Assembly: GCA_002104905.1 (NCBI GenBank) | Contig: MCFE01000057.1 | Location: forward strand, 62,001-126,000 | Direction of reading: 5' to 3' | Source: Basidiobolus meristosporus CBS 931.73 | Lineage: Eukaryota; Fungi; Basidiobolomycota | Length of the DNA stretch: 64,000 nt | Shown here: positions 12,400 to 24,708 of the stretch, one piece after another | Numbering within the stretch: the first letter of the stretch is position 1 | Layout: the number at the start of each line of letters is the position of its first letter | Program-made: the position numbers and the translations under genes | Notes under the pieces: model-generated | What the model was told of the DNA's origin: nothing | What the model saw: the letters and a program-made list of their open reading frames with translations, nothing else | The model's database searches: none

Positions 12400-15300
12400 T
12401 GCAGATTGATCTGATCCAGTTCAGCCATCAAGATCCCATCAGGAGACCATTGTAATACCAGCAGCTTGGAATCAGTGTCACTCTACACAATCTTATGACA
12501 GGATCACAATGGTGTGTGGGTGGTGTTTTGCCAAGGGTGGCAGAGCATTGTTGTAGTCTTAGTGCGCTCTACAACTATTTGAGTTGATCTAACCAGCCAG
12601 TACATTCAGTTTCCTCATATGACAAGAAACTTGAAGGTGTTTGGATGGCCTCATTGCCAAACTCTAATGGCATTATAATTACAGTATGGTGGCCTACAGC
12701 TAGATCAGTATGATGGAACCATTCTAATTAACCAAATGGTTTTTCCTTTTTCTGCCTCCCCTTGTACAATTCATATATTTCACTGTAGAACCGCCCCTCT
12801 TTATTTGCTAACCCACTACTATCTTAGGCATTGCACATCAAGTTTGAATCAAAAAAACTAAGGCCTCTTGCTGACTAACCTTTGGAAATATGCACACCTG
12901 AAGCAATTCACATACTTCTATCACCTCAACTTTACGGCTTTTTATTGTGATACTTGCAAAGTTGCCGTATACCTTGTATTGCTGGTAACATACACATCTT
13001 GCAAATATATGCTTGGTTGCCACCACTTCTGCCATGAATATCTCATGAATATCCCAAAGAGCTTTTTGGTGTATAGCCAATATATTGTTTCTCACTGCTG
13101 GATTCTAGTCCCCCTTATAGGTGTGCTTTGGCTCCTGTATGCATGAATGCTGTATTGAATGATGTAGAAGCTGGCTTGTGACAAAGAGAAACTTGGCATA
13201 CTTTATTAGAGTTCTCCTAATAAAAGTTAGTTGCTTGTTTCACCGCACCCAACTTTGCATTACTGAAGTGATTACCCAGGCATTGAGGCTGATGTCCCAA
13301 CTCATCATATCCATTATGGACTTGAAGGTGATATTCTTGATGATATTGTGATTTGGTAGTATCTGCAACTTAAATAATCTTCCTATATCCTCACACATCT
13401 GCCCCATAGGAAACTTGAAGAAGGTGAAGTAAGGCCCAATATTCCCAACACACCAAGTAAGATGGAGTAGACAATATATACAGTTGCAGCAGGAATCTAT
13501 GTGTTCAGCTCTATGTTTTTAGTATAGCCACTCAAATCCCATCACAAACTCCTTGCACAAAAGATATAGATGTGTCAAGTTTGCATTGATGATCATCTTC
13601 CTGATAAATACTTCTACAATGCCCCCACATGACTCAAAATTCTTCCATTACACTTTTGGCAGAAATAGCTTCAGAAGGCCACTTGAATAAATACGTATCC
13701 AGTTAATCTAGTCCTAGCACTTGTATTGTTGCATATGTGTATGAATTCTGATTGGAGCCTGTTAGAAGTACTTTGGGTAGTGGTTACTCTGAAGTATCTT
13801 GCCAATTCTTTCAATTTCTCCAATATTGGTGTCAGTATTTGGGTAATAATAAGTTGTGTGAGTTGTGGAGTAAATCCACTGGATCTCACACATTTAACAG
13901 CAATACAATCCATTGTGCCCAGAAAAGCTAGCTATCTTGCTGATGGCTAGGGTATCTCCAATACAGATATTGAGCTTGTTTTCATTGGATAATGCCACAT
14001 TGAGCCATGAGTGCAAAATAATTCCAGAGTGTGCCAGAGAGGCTGGATGAACCTATACTTGGCCACAGAGTGTGAAACATAGTCATGCATTATCTTGCAA
14101 TGCTGCTCCTGTGTTTTACCCATTACAAATGCAAAAATTCACTTTTTGCCCATTTTTTTGGGATGAATGCTGTGAATGATAGGTAAAATGCCAGAAGGAC
14201 TGAAGAAATGCATCAGGTACTCCATACCTATGGAACTCTGAATCTAGCTCCTATGGCTTGTAGCATGTCACAAAAATACATGGCACTCTCTGGCACTATA
14301 AGTGCAATATATATGTTTTACTTTAGGGCTAATTCTTAAGTATAGTGCCAGATGGTGTCATTGGGACAGGATAGTGACATGCACTTTTGTGACATGTCGC
14401 AGGCCACAGAAGCTAGATTTAGAGTGCCATAGATATTGAGTACCAGATGCAGGTTGTCAGCTCTTTGGTGCTCTTACACATCATGCACAAGTATATTGGA
14501 TATGTTTGTGCTTGATTGATACTGAGTGTGGTACTTTATAGCTTCAAAATATTTGTTGGACTGCACATGCTTCTTCCAATGGTGTACAACCAGAACATAG
14601 CTGCAGTGTGAACAATGTTTTCCCCAAATGGTGGTAGATTCCTGACAAGTTGGACATCTTGCAATGGTGGCTTTTTCTGACATGAATGCCCTCAACTGAT
14701 AACATATGCTGGTATCAGGGTGATCTCTGGTTCATTTGTTGCCAGCTGCATGACAGTTGTACAATTGTACCATGCACATGGTAAGTTGTATCCTGCAATG
14801 ATTTTGGCAAGAAGTAGTAGTAAATCCTCAATGATCCATATCCGGCTATTAGTGGAAACACACCACTTCTCTAGCTACAACATAACATCATTCACCAATA
14901 AGTAGAATCCTGGGCTCACCTGATCCCATAAGATATCCTTGGCTTTTTTTTCCACATCTGTTGTCTCATTGGTTATTGTGATTTGGCTGGGCTTATGCAG
15001 ATTAGGGGCGATAGGCTCACAATACATTGGTGAGTCTGCTTCTTAGAGGTATAAAGTGCTGGCAAGATATTGTTGGTACAGTACAGTTGATGAATGATCA
15101 AATATGCGTTGGGTGGCAAAAACTGGCATGATTCATGTAATACTTCCTATGCTGTCTGTGCAAACAAGCAAACAGATTTTGGGCCAGCATTGGTATGCTA
15201 AGAAAGTATCTGAAGAATAGCAGAAGCTATGAAAGGCAGAAGAACATGGGTAAAATGGCTAAAAACCAGCAGTTTCCTCAAGAGCCCTATACAAGCAGGG

Positions 15301-16700
15301 CCAAGAGCTCTAAACAAGTGTAATGGAGACATCAGGTTGCTGGAAGAGCTGCAATAAGGGACATGTAGGCAGAAACAGATGCACCAGCACAACATTTATG
15401 AAGGAAAAGGCACTGTTCAATTCAACAGGCACTCAGTCAAAGTAACAGTCAAGGACCAGGCAGTGCTAAAAGCCAGGAGCTACCTCAGGAGCCCATCACA
15501 GCATGGGCTGAGAGCTCCAACCAACTGGGCAAAAAGCATCTGGTTGCCTGCAGAGTGCTAGCAAGAGACAAGAAGGCCAAAATAGTTGTATTGGAGTAGC
15601 ATTTATCAAGGAGAATATGTAGTTCAATACAAGAAGCACTCAGACAAAGTAGCAGTGAAAGACCTGGCAGCAAGAAGGGAAAAGAGGAAGGGAAAAAGCC
15701 TACCCAAATCAGATACAGGGAAGCATAAGAAAAAAGCTGCAGTTCTTACCAACTTATGCCATAAGCCCTGAACAGACTGAATTTGGTCACAACCAAGAAG
15801 TATACCATCAAGAAAACAGCCGCTTTCATAGGAGCTGAGAGCTCAGCCAGTTGAGCTACACTCCAATGAGGTAGATGAGTTTGCAGAAAAAGGAAACTTG
15901 TATATCACAGCCACTATGTCCTCCATTGTTGATGGAGTGGAGATCCCACCAAAAGATAAAGCTACAATGTTAAGAACTCAAAAGGTTATCACAATGCCTT
16001 CAGTGTAATCTGGGAACACTACTAGGCATACCAGGAGGTTGCAGCACTTCTTCAAGAGCAGCACTCAAGAAAACGCAATCAAATATTGCAAGGATTTATC
16101 ATCAGAGCTGGCAGATGAGGTGCTAGGACTTGCACTGCAGGCTGAAGACCAGGACATATGGGAACCAGTGAATGAAGAGTTAAATGAAGCTATAGGACTT
16201 CTGCCAAAATCATGGAAGCAGAGTATTGCAGCAGAAATACATATTGGGTGGTGGATTCTAATGGAATTACATGTTGAGTGTGGGGTTGGGCTTAATGTTG
16301 GTGTAGGGTGTAGGAACCTGCATAGGTCAATACAATTGGCAATTGAGGTACGCTTGAAGTTTAAATGGAAATAAATCAGTTTGACTGCATTAAAAGTAAG
16401 AAAAACTGTTGAGTAAGAAAGTAAGGAGCGTGAAAAGAGGCAATAGTGTATCTATGTACACAAGTGTAGGAAGTGATAGAGTGTCTGGGATCAGAGAGTG
16501 ACAAAATTGGCAGAGAGTAATCAAAAGCCACTTTTGCATAATGGTGATGAAAATTTTGACAAAGTATTTTGTGAAATCTGTGGTGCAATTATTTCTTGAA
16601 GGTCTTTGCAAAGTGTCCTAACTGAACCAGTACCTCTTAGTCCTGGGACTCTAAATCAGTGACAGCCTTTTCATAAGATCATCATGATAATTCTTCAAGG
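12400..16700. mobile_element. CACTA-like copy 2 (transposase minus ~12730-15160, ORF2 plus ~15170-16380), internally deleted
   Basis: Reverse-complement colinearity with copies 1, 3 and 4; ORF2 MLRKYLKNSRSYERQK and FFKSSTQEN motifs. Confidence 0.75.
13973..14490. mobile_element. Harbinger-type foldback, left arm plus spacer plus part of right arm
   Basis: Colinear with 17195-17760; truncated by a deletion that also removes CACTA sequence. Confidence 0.65.
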
Positions 16701-16724
16701 ATTACAAGGCAGAAGTACATGCTT

Positions 16725-16900
16725 CATTAAGCAATGATAACCAACAAAGGAGGTACTCAAGATGCATTAAAGGCAGCAACATCATGTTTTGCAACTACTG
16801 CAAAAGGAACAGACACATATTAGACTGGTACCTTAATAGGAGAAATAATCACCAAAAAAAGCTTGAATATGGTAACTGAGGAGTGGTACATATGTTATTT
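16725..16900 (+). mobile_element. Copia family 1 gag/zinc-knuckle fragment
   Basis: ttaagcaatgataaccaacaaaggaggtac and caactactgcaaaagg match the gag at 41690-41780. Confidence 0.65.
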
Positions 16901-17194
16901 CAGTGGTACTATTTCCAGTAGCAATGATCCTGAGGCTCTGTGAGACACTTATTAGATAAGCTACATGTCTACATTAAGTATCAGAAACAGTGGGAGGTGA
17001 TATATCTATATATATCTGAACATGGAATTTCTACTGCCTTCAAGAAAAGTGCTACTGGAGATCCTGACATAAAGTATATGCATATAATCTCTATATATAC
17101 TGTGGCGATTATATGAAATACTATTCAAGTATGTACCAGTTGCCCTATATTGGTACATATATCATTAGGCATTCAGCAATTGCTAATCATATTA

Positions 17195-17925
17195 GACTTG
17201 TTCTGTTGGATAGTGCCACTTTGAGCCATGAGTGCCAAATGATGCCATAGTGTGCCAGAGAGGCCAAGTGAACCTATACTTGGCCACAGAGTGTGAAACA
17301 TAGCTCTGCATCTTCAGGAAAAGCAGCCCCTGTGTTTAACTTATGATGCAGAAGAAAATCTATTTTTTGACCTTTTTTGTAGGTCAATGTTGTGCAGGAT
17401 GTGTACAAGCAAAAAAGGATTTAAGATATGCATCTCATACTCAATACCCATGGCACTCTGAAGCTAGCTCCTGTGGCTTGTAACATGTCACAAAAATGCA
17501 TGGCACTATCTTGGTCCACTAGTACTATCTAGTACTATATTTAATTATTAGCCCAAAAGTAAGATCTATACAAGGCACTTATAGTGCCAGATAGTACCAG
17601 TGGACCAAGATAGTGCCATGCATTTTTGTGACATGTTACAAGCCACAGGAGCTAGCTTCAGAGTGCCATGGGTATTGAGTATGAGATGCATATCTTAAAT
17701 CCTTTTTTGCTCTTACACATCCTGCACAACATTGACCTACAAAAAAAGGTCAAAAAATAGATTTTCTCCAACACAATGGGTGAACCACAGGGGCTGCTTT
17801 GCATGAAGATGCAGAGCTATGTTTCACACTCTGTGGTCAAGTATAGACTCACTTAGCCTCCCTGGCATACTATGGCATGATTTGGCATTCATGGCTCAAT
17901 GTGGCACTATCCAGTGGAACAAGTC
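17195..17925. mobile_element. Complete 731-bp foldback element with ~340-bp inverted arms and ~55-bp spacer
   Basis: Arms read as reverse complements end to end; GACTTGTT...AACAAGTC termini; flanks TTA/TAT. Confidence 0.85.
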
Positions 17926-17929
17926 TATT

Positions 17930-19500
17930 TGTTAACATCAATTAAATGTTGATATCACCACTATGACCATATCAAGTTACTTGCAGCTCCCAGCTATGGG
18001 CTACACTGCAGTAAGAATATCTGCTACCAAGATGCTGAGAGAAATGGCTTTTATGGAAGTTTATGTGAGCAAATTTGATCAAGCCTGTGAAAAGTTATGT
18101 CAGATCTAAGTGGATGAGCAATTTGGAGGAAACATCTCTATATAGAAGTGCTTGGCAGACAAGAGGTTCCTGAGCACTCTAGAGGATATGACAAACCATG
18201 GATATGCTATCTGCATGAACCAGATCTAGATCAAAAATGAAAATCCAGCAACAAGCATCCTCAAGACCAGATATGGAACAAAACACAAACTGCCAACAAA
18301 TAGTCAGTTTCTAAATGGAGCTAAGTGCTACCTGAGCCAGATTTGGACTATCTAGAACACCAGATATGATCAAGCAGTCCTATCACATAAGGACAATGGA
18401 TTACTGATGCTTGGGAAAGCAACAGGAAAGTCCATGAGAAATTACATACTCAGAGGCAACATCAATATTATGGTGAACAATGAGGTCAACTTGCATGCAG
18501 TTGGAGCTAGAAAAGTGGTACCAAGGGCCAACCTAAGGATTTTAATGGGTGCAGAAGATTATGCGCTTGTTCATTTGCTCTGTTAACTAAGCTCTATGCT
18601 GGAATATTCTATCAGAAATGACAGTAGCATACCAGGGCTGTGATGGTAGATATATGCAATTGGAAAGTGCCAGACCCAGTTGTAGGGTTTAAGATCAAAG
18701 GTACAAGTGTAAACATATCTATCCAGCTTAGGATGAGGCCTCTATGAATGGCTACCAATGGAGCTGTGGTATTCTGTGATCCCTTTTCAAGCCTATCAAG
18801 ATGCAAAGGGAGGATCTGAGTACTGTAACAGAGATATCAGTCCAGGAAGGTTATGCCTAGATCAGGAGGATATATATGATCTATCTAAGTCAATTTTAGA
18901 GGGCAGGAGCCAGCAGAAGATGTAGCTTCAGTGGGAGTACAATATCCTAGAATAGAAATGAAGAAAACCTAGGTTAGAAACCATTCAAAGCACTGGTCTG
19001 GAGGAGGAAATACTTGGTCAACTGGTGAAGGGCAACCACAATGCTGACCAATTGTTGGTCTCAGTGTATCATATATGGAGTATATGAGGTACGTTATTAT
19101 CCAGATCCAGTTATGGATATATTGAGCATAGTCTCAGTGAGTTGGACTATATATTGGAGCTATGGATGATCCAGATCTACTGGAGAGAAGATTACCTGTT
19201 AACTTTGCCAATTATTGACCAATTTACGCAAATAAAGAACAGCAGAAAGCCTGAAAACACAGCTATCTGATGATGGAATGTATAACAGGATATAATTAGT
19301 ATCTGAAAAGCACAACTCAAATCCAGTGAATAATACTCATCCAGAGATATTTTGTGAAGAGATCAGTATTCAGAATCAAAGTTATTTGATCTGAAGTATG
19401 TAATTAACAGTATGTACTTATACCTAGTTATTACAGATAATATGCAATCCTCAACATATATTGGAGAATACATTAATCCAATATGCTATATGGTTGAATG
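17930..19500 (+). pseudogene. Decayed long reading frame of unknown origin, possibly a non-LTR retroelement remnant
   Basis: One frame over ~18100-18590 reads as protein with only scattered stops (STLEDMTNHGYAICMNQI*IKNENPATSILKTRYG...); no diagnostic motif recognised. Confidence 0.25.
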
Positions 19501-19509
19501 CAGGTTTAA

Positions 19510-19825
19510 TTCCAACTAGAAGATACACATCATGTCATTTAGCCAATATAATCCTTCTCCCTGCTGGATTCTTGTCCCCCTGAAAAGTGCATTCTGGCTC
19601 TTGCTTGTGCAAATTTTGTATTGAGTGGTGTAGAAGTTGGCTTGTGACCAAGAGAAATCTGGCATACCCAGTAGAGTTCTCCTCATATTAATTAGTTGCT
19701 TGTCGTACCCAGCCAAACTTTGCAGTACTTAACTGATTACCCATGCTTTGGAGCTGCTTAGCTTCTAAATGCCATAAGCATATTTGTCTCTATATGCACA
19801 TCTGTCCTCAGTATTTCCACCTCCT
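19510..19825 (-). mobile_element. CACTA-like transposase 3' fragment fused to the ORF2 tail of copy 3
   Basis: Matches 25060-25340 and 13080-13260; switches to ORF2-tail sequence at about ccacctcc|tacatt. Confidence 0.6.
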
Positions 19826-22800
19826 ACATTTGTGTGCATTGATTGGCTATTACCACTTTTTCAGGCTCCTTACTTCCTGACTCAACCGCTTCTCTTACTT
19901 TTTATGTGTACAAATTGGTTTATTTCTGTTAAAACTTCAGTTCTACATCAATTGCCAATTGTATTGACCTATACAAGTCCCTATACCCTCCACTAGCATT
20001 CAGCTCAACCGCACCCTCAACAACTAACTCCATTAAAATCCACCACTCAATAAGTATTTCTGCTGAAACACTCTGGTTCCACAACTTTGACAGGAGCCCA
20101 ATGGCCTTAAGCCACTGTTCATTCACTGGTTCCCACATGTCCTGGTCTTCAGCCAGCACTGCAAGGTCTAGCACCGCATCTTCCAGTCTTTGCAATGCAT
20201 CCTTGCAATATTTCAGTGTGTTTTCTTGATCACTGCTCTTGAAGAAGTGCTACAGCCTCATGGAGTGTCTATTAATGTTCCAAAACTCCACTGAAGGCAT
20301 TGTCATAGTCTATTGAGCTCTTGATGTTGTTGCCTTGTCTGTCAGTGGGATCTCCACTCTGTCAACAATGGAGGATGTGGAGGCTGTGATAGGCAAGTTT
20401 CCTTTTTCTGCAAATTCATTTACCTCATTGGAGTACAGCTCAACTGGCTGTGCTTCCAACTCTTGTGAAAACTGCTGTTTTCTTGTTGGTGATTCTTCTT
20501 GGCTATGATGGGATTCAGTCTGTACCTGGCCTAAGGCATTAATTGGCAAGAACTGCAGTTTTTTTTGCATACCTCTCTGTCTCAAGCTTGGGTCAACATT
20601 TTTCCCTTTACCTTTTCCTTTATCACTGTCAGGTCTTTCCCTGCTACTTTTTCTGAGTGATTCTTGTAAAGAACACCATTTCTCCTGGATAAATTCTGCT
20701 CTGATGCATCTGTTTTGTCCTGCTTGTCCCTAACTGGCACTCTTCTGGCAACCTGACATTTCTTTTCCACTTGTTTTGAGCTCTCAACCGTAGTTGTGAT
20801 GGGCTTCTGTAAGAGTAGTTGGTTTTATCACTGCCTGGTCCTTCATTGCTACTTTGACTGGGTGCTTCTTGAGTGGTACTAAGCTTTGTCTTTGATAAAT
20901 ATTGTGCTGGTGCATCTGTGTCTGCCTGCTTGTTCCTAATTGGTACTCTTCCGGCTACCTGACATCTCTTTGATGCTTGTCTGGAGCTTTTGGCCCTGCT
21001 TGTAACAAGCTCTGGAGGAAACTGCTGGTTTTTAGCCATGGCACCCTTGTTCTTCTGCCTTTGATAGTTTCTGCTATTCTTAAGATACTTTTTTAGCATA
21101 CCAATGTGGGCCCAAAATCTGTTTGCCCATATGAATCCAGGATAATGCTCATGGAACAAGTCAAGTGCATTTTGCTTGGTCTTGAGTTCCGGAAGGTCTC
21201 ATGGTATGCCTGCCTTGAGATGATGGTGTGCTAGACTTCTGACAGCCTTTTGTTTATTGGCCCACTCTTCATTATTGCACTCAACATCTTTACAGATCTT
21301 CAATGTCTTTTGATTTTTAGGCTTTGGTATAAACACCACATTGTCTCCATCCCATGCTGTGATAGGTTTCTCTGTATGCTTTATCTTTGGGCACTGTTGT
21401 TATGCTTCAAAGACCATTTGATGTTCCTCTACAGTTGCATCAGGAAATGGCTCAAATCTTGACTGTGACATTGAGCTACTTGAGTTCCTTCTTTACAGCA
21501 AAGATACTACTTTCTCTACTTGGGATATTGATTGCTTCACACATATTATCCGCTCATCCTGTTTCAGGACTATTTCTTGATTTCTCTGGTCCATTGCATC
21601 TATCCTATCAGCCACTGCACCAAATTGCTTTATTAATGCATTGGTATGAGCTGACAACATACTTGCTAATATGGGGGGTGATGTTTTCATGGCCACTTGC
21701 TGGTCTTTAACTGAGGGTACTGTGTTTGCTACATTCTCATCTACTTGAGCATACCAGTTGCTTGTGGCTTTGCAGAGGTTCTCAATTGCCTACTGGACTG
21801 AGAGCCTGAGGGGTCTGCATTGCTACCTTCAACAGGCACACTGTCCTCAGGGCCTTTTTTGGATGTAGCCCTGCTTGTTGCACTGAATGTCAAAGCAAGC
21901 TGTTGTTCAACTGTTCTTCTGTTGTCATCAGTGGTGGGGTTTGGTTGAGAACCAGACAACTTTGCTTTATTTTTTGGCTGCATATACATGGAAGTGAGTC
22001 AAATCAAAGGGGAAGCAGTGTTACATATATGTGTGTATGTGGTGCCACAACTTTATTAATAATGCTTACTATGGCAGGTCATCATTGAATCTTATATTTA
22101 TGTAGGCACAATATCTCAACTATGCTCATTGAAACAAATGCCAAGGATACTCTATGGAGCCAAGTGAGCCCAGTAATCCATCTACTGGTGAATGATGTAC
22201 TGTTGTGGCTAGAGAAGTGGTGTGTTTCCACTAATATCAGTAATGGTGGCTTTGAGGATTTATCACTACTTCTTGCCAAAATCATACTGGGATACAACCT
22301 ACAATGTACATGGTACAAGTGGACAACCGTCATGTGGCTGGCAACTAATGATCTGGAAACTGTCCTGATTCCAGCATGTGTTAACAGTGACATGGCATTC
22401 ACATCCAAAAATGCTACCATTGCAACATGTCCAAATTGTCAGGAATCCACCGCTATTTAGGGAAAACAAAGTTCATACTCTGGATATATTCTGGTCATAC
22501 CTCATCTGAGGAAGCTGATGCAGTCCAACAAATATTGCAAAGCTATACAGTACAGCACTCAGTATCAATCAAGGCAAACATATCTGATGTATCCAAAGGC
22601 AAACATTACAAACAGCTAAGAAGCAAGGGCTACTTTGAAGTTCTGTATGACCATGCCTATACTTTAGCACTTGATGGGTTCTCATTAAACATGTATTCTA
22701 ACAGCAAATACTGCTGGCCAATGATTCTCTTCAATCTGAATCTGCTGCCCATCTTACAGTATCAGAGCAATAATTTGATGGTAGTCTCACTGGTATCTGG

Positions 22801-24590
22801 GCCTAAATCACCATCCAACCTGGACAGCTACCTGTATCCATTGCTGGATGAATTTTGCATTCCTTCCAGCAGGATAACAGTAAATGGCCATCATGTAAAA
22901 GCACATATTATTATCAGCATTGGAGATACCCCAGCCATTAGCAAGATAGAAGGTTTTTCCGGGCACAATGGACAGCGTTGCAGTCAGATGTGTGAGATCC
23001 AGGGGTCATACTCCATAACTCACACACATTATTATTACCCAAATACCAGTGCTAAGAACATCATCTTTGCACATAGAGAACATACAGAAGTCAGCATGCA
23101 ATGGCAGCAAAGTTGGCAAGCTATAAGCCATTGACCAGAATATGTAATTTATCAGAAACCAGAGATACTCAAGATAAAGGGTATCTGTTGGGGCAAAAGC
23201 TTTCCACTGGGAGCATTGCATCTGCTTTTCAACAATATCCCTATACCAATGACCAGGTTGTACAAGAGGCATATCAAGCTAAATGAGCCCATCAAGATAC
23301 TGGTGAAATTTGAAAGAATTGGCCAGAAAATACAGAGTATCTGCTACCCTAAGTACTTCTCACAGGCTCCAATTATATTCATATGCATATGCAACAATAC
23401 AAATGCAAAGACTGGATGAACTGGATATATATTTATTGAAGTGATGTTCTGAAGTCATTCCTACAAAGAGTACATTGGAAGCATTGGGAGTCAAATGTGG
23501 ACATTGTAGGAATATTTATCCACAAGTGGATCACCAAAGCCAACCTGACACAACTCCAGCGGTTGTGTGAGGAGTTTGTTTCAGGATTTGAGCGGCTGTA
23601 CTACAAGCATACAGCTGAATATGTAGATCTCTGCCGCTACTATATCCATTCTCTACTTCATCTTGCACAGTGTGTGGAGAATATTGGGCCTTGCTTCACC
23701 TTTTGGGAGTTTCCTATGGAGCGGATGTGTGGGGAGATAGGAGGACAAGTCATGTTGCAGGTACTGCCATTTCCCAATCTCATCAAGAATATTACCTTCA
23801 AGTCTGTCATGGATGTGATGAGTTGGCACATGGAGGACAGCAAGAAAGAGTTGGAAGATACTGAGGACAAATGTGCACATGGAGACACCTATGCACAAGG
23901 CATTAAGACGCTAATTAGCCCCAATGCATGGGTAATCTGTTAAGTAATGCAAAGTTGGGTTGGGTGCAAACAAGTAACTAATTTTTATCAGGAAAACTCT
24001 ACCAAGGCATGCTGGATTTCTCATGGTCACAAGCCAACTTCTACACCATTCAATACTAAATTCACACAAACAAAAGCCAGTGCGCACCTATAAGGGGACT
24101 AGAATCCAGCAGGGAGAAGGAATATATTGACTAAATACCAAAATGTTCTTTGCAGATATTCAGGAGGTATTCATGGCAGAAGTGGCAACAACCAAGCATA
24201 TGTTTGGAGGATGTATATGTTGCCAGCAGTACAAGGTATATGGCAAGTTTGCAAGTATCACACTAAAAAGCTGTAAAGTTGAGGTTATAGAAGTATGTCA
24301 ATTGCAGCAGGTGTGTGTGTTTATAGAGGTTAGTAAGCAGGAGGCCATAGTATTTTTTGATTTGAACTATATGTGGAATACCCAAGGTAGTAGTGGGTAA
24401 GCAAATAAAGAGGGGTATTTCTACAGCGGAATATATGAGATGCACAAGGGGAGGTAGTAAAAGGAAATACTATTTAGTGAATTGGTATGGTGGCATTATA
24501 CAAAACCAGCAGTAGGCTGTCATACTGCCAATATATTGCCATCAGAGTCTTGCTGTAAAGCCATCAAAATACCATCAAGTTTTTTGCCAG
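19825..24590. mobile_element. CACTA-like copy 3 (ORF2 minus ~19930-21930; transposase plus ~22110-24480), best preserved
   Basis: ALDGF...CWPMILFNLNL...SGPKSPSNLDSYLYPLLDEF...IGDTPAISK (Transposase_21/tnp2-like) and HSLLHLAQC...GPCFTFWEFPMERMCG; several stops and frameshifts; 5' deletion. Confidence 0.85.
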
Positions 24591-24594
24591 CTGT

Positions 24595-24708
24595 ATTACC
24601 TCTACAAAGGCATAAATACTGATCCTCTTTATGAATAAACAACAGTTCAACTATGATCACTATTTCTTGTTCAGTTCCTTATATCCAAATCACTTCTTAA
24701 ATTGCAAC
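24595..24708 (+). mobile_element. Copia family 2 LTR 3' fragment between CACTA copies 3 and 4
   Basis: Matches 5360-5460 (atgaataaacaacagttcaacta); ends TTGCAACA at 24708. Confidence 0.7.
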
